14,726 bases of DNA. Source: a virus. Lineage: Duplodnaviria; Heunggongvirae; Uroviricota; Caudoviricetes. Where the stretch lies: IMG/VR virus record IMGVR_UViG_2534681663_000009; one strand, written 5' to 3'. Shown piece after piece: positions 8,318 through 14,726 of this stretch. How positions within the stretch are numbered: position 1 is the first letter of the stretch; every line of letters starts with the position of its first letter. The notes beneath the pieces are model-generated. The model was not told the DNA's origin. It made no database searches and worked only from the letters and a program-made list of their open reading frames with translations. A program made the position numbers and the translations under genes.

Positions 8318-9457
8318 TTAACCAAGAATCAGACAACCATGTGCCGGCTTCACTGATGAAACACCCCATGCCAGTCCAACTTCATAGCGCACCTGGCGAT
8401 ACTGACGATACAGTGCAATCTGGAACGTAATCCCTGAAATCGGGTCCGTAACATTCATTACATCATCAGCATTATCGCCACCTTCCGGCATTGCCGGAGT
8501 ACGGGATGCCAGCAGAAACGCGTTGCGATCAAACGCCATATTTGCCGTAAAGGCCCCAACAACTGTGATGGCAGTATCATCGGCCAGATCCTGACGCAGT
8601 CCGGGCGCTGCAAGAGTAATCAGATTGCTGGTCGCTGCTGCCACAACATACTGATTCGGATCACCAGCGAACGTAACAATCTGACCTGCAGAAATACTCC
8701 CCGAACCAGTATCAATGGAAATAAGAACATCGCCTTCTTTTTTCTCTCCATTCACGAGATAACCAGTTGCAGCAACCTTTGGCGCTCGTTTCACACCTGC
8801 CGAACTGTGAATATTGAATCCCTCCAGACGCCCCAACACGCCCTCACGCAGTAGCTGTTCAGTGCCGGATTCATTCACTTTAAACAATACAGACTGTTTT
8901 CCGCGCAAATTAGCAATGGCAGTGGAGCCAAGCACCATCTGCAGATCGGTTGTCGGTGCGCCGTTATCCTCCAGAACCTGACGAGCCAGAGCAGCATCAG
9001 AAAGATCATCTTTAACACCAAACGGCGTTGTCCCTGCGGTTCCCACGGCGCGGGAAGCACCGAAATACAACGCACCAAGATCAGCCTCAACCTCGTTTGC
9101 AAGGGCGCGAAAAGCCTGCTTGAACTGATCAGCCAGAATGGTGTTGTAAGTCCCTGAAGGGCCAAGAGCCAGTTGTTCTTCACCATTCCATTTAACCGGT
9201 GCCATTTTGGATTTAGTAATTTTTACATCAACAGTGCCAATATTTTGATCACCGGTATTCGGAGCTGACGGCCCCGGTACGATATCTTCGGTTTTCGCCT
9301 CAGGCGCAACTGGCGCGGTTACCGTCTGATCTTTTGCTGCGGCGTCAGCTTTTACGTTTTTTGCTACCGCAGGGATAAAACCTACCTGCTCACGGGATAC
9401 AACATCCAGGGCGGTATAAATAGTCGGGATCAACCCGGTCAGGGTATTTCCAGCCAT
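8318..9457 (-). CDS. Major capsid protein
   Basis: ORF track gives 410 aa from a TTG at 9550 with no SD; the ATG at 9457..9455 has AAGGAA about 9 nt upstream and gives about 379 aa (MAGNTLTGLIPTIY...). Follows the scaffold gene and precedes the connector genes; size typical of HK97-fold capsid proteins. Confidence 0.78.
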   Translation of the reverse strand: MAGNTLTGLIPTIYTALDVVSREQVGFIPAVAKNVKADAAAKDQTVTAPVAPEAKTEDIVPGPSAPNTGDQNIGTVDVKITKSKMAPVKWNGEEQLALGPSGTYNTILADQFKQAFRALANEVEADLGALYFGASRAVGTAGTTPFGVKDDLSDAALARQVLEDNGAPTTDLQMVLGSTAIANLRGKQSVLFKVNESGTEQLLREGVLGRLEGFNIHSSAGVKRAPKVAATGYLVNGEKKEGDVLISIDTGSGSISAGQIVTFAGDPNQYVVAAATSNLITLAAPGLRQDLADDTAITVVGAFTANMAFDRNAFLLASRTPAMPEGGDNADDVMNVTDPISGITFQIALYRQYRQVRYEVGLAWGVSSVKPAHGCLILG

Positions 9458-9555
9458 AATTAAATATTCCTTAAAAATTTGCGTAATTGTGAATAGATGG
9501 AGTAATGAGCTATCCAGCCCTGACACCAGCTCCCATCCGGAAGCTGACAAATGTG

Positions 9556-10320
9556 TTAATCAACGATTGTGATACCGTCTTTCAATGCGTTTTGCTTACC
9601 TGCAACATCCAGTGCATCAAAAGCAGAGCGTTTCATCGTTTTCTGACCAATATCATGCTGTGTCGGACGGGAGCCGCCGCCATTGTTGCCACTGGCTTTC
9701 AGGATGTAGTCTTTCTGAGGGTAATTTTCGACAAGGAACTCCAGCGCCTCATCAAACTGCGCCAGTTCGCCAGGCTTCGCGCGGGAATAAATTTTGTTGC
9801 CGGAAGCGTCATAAGCAACGATCTTCCCTTCTTCCACTTTGAATGCCTGCCCGAAGCGGGCTTGTAATAAATCTGCCGGGATCGCAATTTTATCGGCAAT
9901 ATATTTTGAACCCGCAAAACTACCGCCAATCATAGAATCGTAAAGCTGCGTCTCCAGCATCTGAGAGCGTTGCTTTTCTTCATCTAATTGCTGCTGAAAA
10001 TTTTTCGTAATTTCTGCCTTAACCTGGTCAACCTGTCCCGCATCGATCAGCTTTTTCTGGTCGATTTTTAACAGCATTTCCAGTGCCTCGATCGCCTTCT
10101 TCGGGTCTTCGATAGCGGCAAACTTAGCCAGTTTTTCCTCTGCAGCTTCTTTAGCCAGGCGATGATTTTTTGCCTCGCCATTAAGCTCTGTAATTTTTTT
10201 TATCGCCAGCGGTGCATCGAAGCCGATTTCTTTACCATCGTCGTGCACATAAACTGGCAGGCCAGCAGTATCAATTTCTGCGTATTGTTTTCCGTTAATC
10301 TCGACCGTTTTCAGTTTCAT
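9556..10320 (-). CDS. Capsid scaffolding protein
   Basis: Track ORF starts at a GTG (10392) that lies inside a terminator hairpin; the first ATG at 10320..10318 gives about 254 aa (MKLKTVEINGKQY...). Charged, helical, Lys/Glu/Ala-rich; sits between the head morphogenesis and capsid genes. Confidence 0.6.
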   Translation of the reverse strand: MKLKTVEINGKQYAEIDTAGLPVYVHDDGKEIGFDAPLAIKKITELNGEAKNHRLAKEAAEEKLAKFAAIEDPKKAIEALEMLLKIDQKKLIDAGQVDQVKAEITKNFQQQLDEEKQRSQMLETQLYDSMIGGSFAGSKYIADKIAIPADLLQARFGQAFKVEEGKIVAYDASGNKIYSRAKPGELAQFDEALEFLVENYPQKDYILKASGNNGGGSRPTQHDIGQKTMKRSAFDALDVAGKQNALKDGITIVD

Positions 10321-10380
10321 ATTAGTACCTGGTTTAAGTCTTCCGACAGTTACGCTGCTCACCATCCGGATCGCAGCAAT

Positions 10381-10404
10381 AAAAAAGGCCACCCGAAGGT
10401 AGCC
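10381..10404 (-). terminator. Rho-independent terminator-like hairpin between the head morphogenesis and scaffold genes
   Basis: Minus-strand RNA: GGCUACC-UUCG-GGUGGCC (7-bp stem with one G-U pair, UUCG tetraloop) followed by UUUUUUAUUG; about 20 nt after the upstream gene stop (10425-10427). Confidence 0.55.
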
Positions 10405-10424
10405 TGTTGTAATAAATGATTTAT

Positions 10425-11540
10425 TTAAATCCCTGCTTTTCTGAATACCTGTGCATCACGCTCACGGAGTTGCTTCAGCGTCAGCCATTCGCCTTTATCG
10501 GTGTAAAATTCATCTGGCGACATACCGCCATCCCGAATCAGCTTTGCCCGGGTTTCCCCCACAATCTGTTTTTGTCTGGTGTAAGGCTGACGCAAAAACC
10601 ATTCCCTGTAGGTTGTATCTCCGGCCACCACGCCATCCATGCTGGCCCGCTCAGCCGGGGAAATATCACGAACATCAATACCCAGTTCCTTCGCTGATTT
10701 CAGAATGAACGTTTCCGTTGAGCGGCAGCAGAAATGAATTTTTCCCGGCCCATGCAAATAAGGCACACTGTGACCTACAGGTTTATTATCCAGCGTATAT
10801 TTGAGGAGATCCCTGATTCGACATTGTGGCGTAGTACGATTATCAAGCGTTGATAACCATTGCTTACCCTTAATCAAATCATTATTCGCGCTGGCAAAAC
10901 TCTCACGGGCAGTAGCAGCAAGATGTCCAACCGCTGTTTTTGCAATGCTGGCCGCATTAGCCCGGCTCATCTGCAATGCACCATCCTGAAATCCCTTGCT
11001 GACATGTCCCCGAATTTTTCTTGCGATCTGCTCATTGGTATCCCCCAGCAAAAAACCCTGACGCACCGTATTTGTTATGCGTCTGAGCCGATCCGCCTCA
11101 AGATCCAAGGCCCACTCACTGAGCAGTCGTCCCTGGAATGGTCGCGCCATTGCAGCGGCGTAAAGTGCATCAGAAGATATACCAACCAGAGGGTGAACAT
11201 CAGCAACAAAATCAGGTAGCAGAGAATCAAACAGACTTAACTGATAACCAGCCTCATAAATTGCCAGCTCGTTCAGCTCTCCGGAGAGACTGGTAAACAT
11301 GCTGTTAATAGCAGCGCGGTTAACCTCTCTGACACTCGCCAGAAGTGACTCCAGGCGCGTAACGGTAAAACTACCAGGATCGAGGCTGTCCAGTGCTACC
11401 AGCAGGCGAGCTGTAAGCTCCGCATCGCTGTCATTCAGTATTTTCACCATTCTGGCAGCCACACCAGTGCTATAGCGGGATATCCAGACTGCATGAGCAA
11501 TTGATTCATCACGCAGCCGTTCATTCACGGTTTGCATCAT
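10425..11540 (-). CDS. Head morphogenesis protein (Mu F-like / SPP1 gp7 family)
   Basis: 371-aa ORF directly after the portal gene, overlapping it by about 20 nt; contains an H-x-C-C-R-S motif (GKIHFCCRST) resembling the conserved HxNCRC signature of Mu F-like proteins. Confidence 0.75.
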   Translation of the reverse strand: MMQTVNERLRDESIAHAVWISRYSTGVAARMVKILNDSDAELTARLLVALDSLDPGSFTVTRLESLLASVREVNRAAINSMFTSLSGELNELAIYEAGYQLSLFDSLLPDFVADVHPLVGISSDALYAAAMARPFQGRLLSEWALDLEADRLRRITNTVRQGFLLGDTNEQIARKIRGHVSKGFQDGALQMSRANAASIAKTAVGHLAATARESFASANNDLIKGKQWLSTLDNRTTPQCRIRDLLKYTLDNKPVGHSVPYLHGPGKIHFCCRSTETFILKSAKELGIDVRDISPAERASMDGVVAGDTTYREWFLRQPYTRQKQIVGETRAKLIRDGGMSPDEFYTDKGEWLTLKQLRERDAQVFRKAGI

Positions 11541-12927
11541 TGATTTCCATCAACATTACACTCTGATTTTTTAATTCATCGATCACATCCTCTGGACGGG
11601 AATCCTGATCGATAAATTTCAACGCCTGCAACACCCGAACCGCATCAATCTGACGTATATCACCGCCCTGACGCAATGACTGAACAGCCAGCGCGGAGGA
11701 TGAGTCAAACACCTGGGCAGATACATCCAGTTCAGTGCGCACATCCACATTGCCACCGCAACTCTCTCCGCTCCATTCCGCCATTATCTGGAGAATATTA
11801 TCGAGGGCATCTTCGAGGGAGTTCGCCATTGTATAAAGCGGCGAGTGTTCCTGCATCCGCTCTTCATTAGTCTGATCAACAGATTTGGTGGATGTATTTT
11901 CAGCCCGCAGAAGTTTAGCGCCGGCATGACGCATCTGATTTTCCAGCTTCTCAAGTGATGTTTCGCCAGATTCTATCGCTGCGCCACTATGTTCAACATA
12001 TTCGAGGCCATTTTTTGTTCTGTCCTCAAAAATCGTAGCCGTGGATGCACCAACCGTCAGTTCTTCATTCCTGTCCAGCCCGTAGGCCACCAGCAATGGA
12101 ACGCGGGCAACATGAAGAATATTGTCCTGCTCGCTCTGGCTTTGCCAGTGCTTGATATTCAGCAAGCCAAGATTAAGCAATGGCGGTGTACCACGCATAA
12201 ACCCTGTTTTCTTCGTATACAGTGTTACCAGAGGAATATCATCACGGCTGGTATTCCATGACTCATGAAGCATCCAGACAGATTCGCCATTAGTACCTTC
12301 GCTGCGTCGATAAATTTCTACTCGACGGGGCATAATATGGCGGATCTGCTCCACCTTCTTCTGCCCGAAATCATCACCATCAATAATGATGACCTCTTTT
12401 ATACGCAAATCAGTGAGAACAACTTTCCCTTTTTCAACTTTCGATTTCCATCCAATAACCTGGCGTGGATTCAGCATCGTAACGTACGGGCGACCACCGG
12501 CCGCGTTTTCATCGGCTTTTGTCCGAATCTCGTTCATATCCGTTCGTGGATAGTCCACCAGCGCATGTGCCACACCATACTGAAATGCGAGACTGAAAAA
12601 TTGCTGCGCCCACACATCCAGTCGGCTCCCCTCCATGTCGATATTTTCTGCATATTCCCTGATTTTTTCCGGCGTTTCCTCACTCAATACTGTCGGCTCT
12701 GCAAATATGCGCCCAATATTTTGTTTGATGCTTTCTTCATACACAGGAAGTAACGTAGCCACAGACAGGCGTTTTTTATAAGCGTCTTCATCTTCATTAG
12801 GCCATTTGGGGAGATAATTTTCCCCCTGCCTGCGCATTTCAAGCGTACCGCCCATCAATGCGTCGTTAATATCCCACGCCTCCAGCATATCGTTATAGTC
12901 GAGGTTGGGTGTTGATATATCAGCCAT
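11521..12927 (-). CDS. Portal protein
   Basis: 468-aa ORF immediately downstream of terL (TAA-TT-ATG junction at 12925-12932); size and position typical of portal proteins. Confidence 0.85.
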   Translation of the reverse strand: MADISTPNLDYNDMLEAWDINDALMGGTLEMRRQGENYLPKWPNEDEDAYKKRLSVATLLPVYEESIKQNIGRIFAEPTVLSEETPEKIREYAENIDMEGSRLDVWAQQFFSLAFQYGVAHALVDYPRTDMNEIRTKADENAAGGRPYVTMLNPRQVIGWKSKVEKGKVVLTDLRIKEVIIIDGDDFGQKKVEQIRHIMPRRVEIYRRSEGTNGESVWMLHESWNTSRDDIPLVTLYTKKTGFMRGTPPLLNLGLLNIKHWQSQSEQDNILHVARVPLLVAYGLDRNEELTVGASTATIFEDRTKNGLEYVEHSGAAIESGETSLEKLENQMRHAGAKLLRAENTSTKSVDQTNEERMQEHSPLYTMANSLEDALDNILQIMAEWSGESCGGNVDVRTELDVSAQVFDSSSALAVQSLRQGGDIRQIDAVRVLQALKFIDQDSRPEDVIDELKNQSVMLMEINDANRE

Positions 12928-12929
12928 AA

Positions 12930-14231
12930 TTAAATCCGAAGTGATGTGACTCTTCCGGTCGGTTTGACAATAGGGAATTGCTTAACGATGAAATAACCTC
13001 CGGCATCATTCGGGTGATCATTGCCAGATTTTTTATCAGGCTCCCCCTTATCATCCCAGACCTGTTGCTCCAGAGATTCGGCATATACCGGACAACGCTT
13101 CACATTAACTTTATAGCGACGCTCACCATTGGCATTGCAGAACATTGCATTCATTGAGTTAACGCGATCTTTTACTGGCGGGTTCGAGCTGTTCACCACA
13201 ACGTTAAAACCTGCCTGCTTAAGCTGGGCTATATCCGTCGTACTTGCGTTACTTGATTTTCTGGAATCTCCGGAAGCATCTGGATAAATATAAATCTCCC
13301 TCACTTTCCGGTAATCATGCCCGTCATACAGCCAGAAGCGTTCTTTAATGAGGCGGATCATATCCGGCGTATCGTAGGCATTGATGATTTCAGTTACCGC
13401 ACATGGAAGCCCCAAACGCAGCACATGGACGATTCCCGCCATCTTTCCAACGTTAAAATCCATCCCAATATAAATCGGCTCCCCTGGCTGCTCCACTTCT
13501 TCGCAATTATTCAGTTTCCGGTCAAACTGATGGTAAACAGTACCACTTGTCAGGTTAGTAAACCGTCCTAGAAGATAGGCTTTAATCAGCTCTGGAGGGT
13601 ATGATTCAAGAAGTGAAGGAATGTAATCTGCTGGCAGGTTCTTTTCATTATCGAAAGTAGATGCCTGCACCAGACCATACAGTGAGGCCAGCTCTGTTTT
13701 TTCACGCACGGCTTTAACAAACTGCTCGTAGACAAATTTGAATCCTTCCGGCGTGGTTGTAACGTCAATACCGTTGCGAAGTCCATCAATCTTATAACGC
13801 ATACGCGCAATTATCTTGCGCCACGCCGTTCTGGCTTTTTCCTTCGGCAAAATGTCCAGTTCATCCACCAGCGCATTACCAATTTTGAAACCGACGATCG
13901 TTTGTGGCTTCTCCATCGATCTGCAGATAGTGGTTCCCCGATACTGGCGTCCGTAATAAAAGTGAACCTCTTTATTTCCCTCATTAATTTTTACGTTCAA
14001 TCCCCAGTCAGCAGCAACTTCTTCCACTGTAGGGTAAAAAATATCGCGAATTTGGGGATACGTTGGCGCAAAATATCCCTGATTTATACCTGGATGCTCC
14101 CAAATCCCCTTGCATATGCCGCCACACCCAACCCATGTTTTGCCCGAGCCAAAACCAGCAATATAGGCTTTAAATTTATGGGGCATTGAAAGAAATCGCG
14201 CCTGAGGCACATTAAGCGTCGGAGAGATCAT
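12930..14231 (-). CDS. Terminase large subunit
   Basis: Walker A P-loop AGFGSGKTW near the N-terminus; C-terminal acidic nuclease-type motifs (YIYPDASGDS, GNDHPNDAGG); ATG at 14231 is best placed relative to AAGGAG (8-nt spacer), with alternative starts at GTG 14240 and ATG 14237. Confidence 0.9.
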   Translation of the reverse strand: MISPTLNVPQARFLSMPHKFKAYIAGFGSGKTWVGCGGICKGIWEHPGINQGYFAPTYPQIRDIFYPTVEEVAADWGLNVKINEGNKEVHFYYGRQYRGTTICRSMEKPQTIVGFKIGNALVDELDILPKEKARTAWRKIIARMRYKIDGLRNGIDVTTTPEGFKFVYEQFVKAVREKTELASLYGLVQASTFDNEKNLPADYIPSLLESYPPELIKAYLLGRFTNLTSGTVYHQFDRKLNNCEEVEQPGEPIYIGMDFNVGKMAGIVHVLRLGLPCAVTEIINAYDTPDMIRLIKERFWLYDGHDYRKVREIYIYPDASGDSRKSSNASTTDIAQLKQAGFNVVVNSSNPPVKDRVNSMNAMFCNANGERRYKVNVKRCPVYAESLEQQVWDDKGEPDKKSGNDHPNDAGGYFIVKQFPIVKPTGRVTSLRI

Positions 14232-14535
14232 CTTCATCACTCCTTAATCTGGCATCAACCACATTAATATTGATCGCCACAGGCTGGGGATGTTCATTAT
14301 CCTCCACCGTTTCGATCTCTTTGCGCAGCTTCTGGTTCTCTATTCTGCGCCGTTCAATTTCCAGTTCCTGTAGCCGCTTATCTGCACATAATGCCCCGCC
14401 AGCAGAAAGCAAACGCAACAATTCACGCCGGGCGGCAGCCTTATCCTCCAGCAGGATCTCAACACCGTATTTTCCGAGCTTTGACCCTGCATATAATTGC
14501 CGCGCATCCCCATCAAGCAGTGTGGTATCAGCCAT
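14212..14535 (-). CDS. Putative terminase small subunit
   Basis: 107-aa ORF overlapping the terL start by about 20 nt; coiled-coil centre and acidic C-terminus; first gene of the module. Assigned by synteny only; no HTH motif recognised. Confidence 0.5.
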   Translation of the reverse strand: MADTTLLDGDARQLYAGSKLGKYGVEILLEDKAAARRELLRLLSAGGALCADKRLQELEIERRRIENQKLRKEIETVEDNEHPQPVAININVVDARLRSDEDDLSDA

Positions 14536-14584
14536 ATAAAGCTGTCCTGTTCCCTCACCGCAGCACTTCGGGCAATCAGGATTG

Positions 14585-14726
<142 letters not shown>

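Noticed and set aside
8875-9186. 103-aa minus-strand ORF
   Set aside because: Out-of-frame ORF nested inside the major capsid gene.
10392-10392. GTG start proposed by the ORF track for the scaffold gene
   Set aside because: The GTG lies inside the stem of the terminator hairpin at 10381-10404; the downstream ATG at 10320 is the more plausible start.
12265-12753. 162-aa plus-strand ORF
   Set aside because: Fully antisense to the portal gene; no SD, implausible composition.

Overview
The window is the late structural-gene module of a lambdoid (siphovirus-type) enterobacterial prophage, with every credible gene on the minus strand. Order, right to left: terS, terL, portal, Mu-F/SPP1-gp7-like head morphogenesis protein, scaffold, major capsid protein, a small unlisted ORF, four connector/neck proteins, major tail protein, G/G-T tail chaperone pair joined by a -1 frameshift, a 1077-aa tape measure protein, then lambda-like M, L and the 5' part of K. 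The right edge (about 14585-14726) is the end of an IS3-family insertion sequence, inserted about 50 bp upstream of terS. I do not see a non-structural cargo, toxin or defence gene here: packing is tight (ATGA/TAATG overlaps) and the only non-coding space is three hairpin-plus-U-tract elements and one 165-nt spacer. The points worth follow-up are the IS junction, the frameshift site, the internal terminators, an unlisted 58-codon ORF and a strongly mosaic base composition. No searches or folding could be run; homology calls rest on motifs I could read (Walker A, JAMM HxHx7SxxD, Cys cluster, rve-like C-terminus), on synteny and on recalled similarity to lambda, so family names are less certain than gene boundaries.
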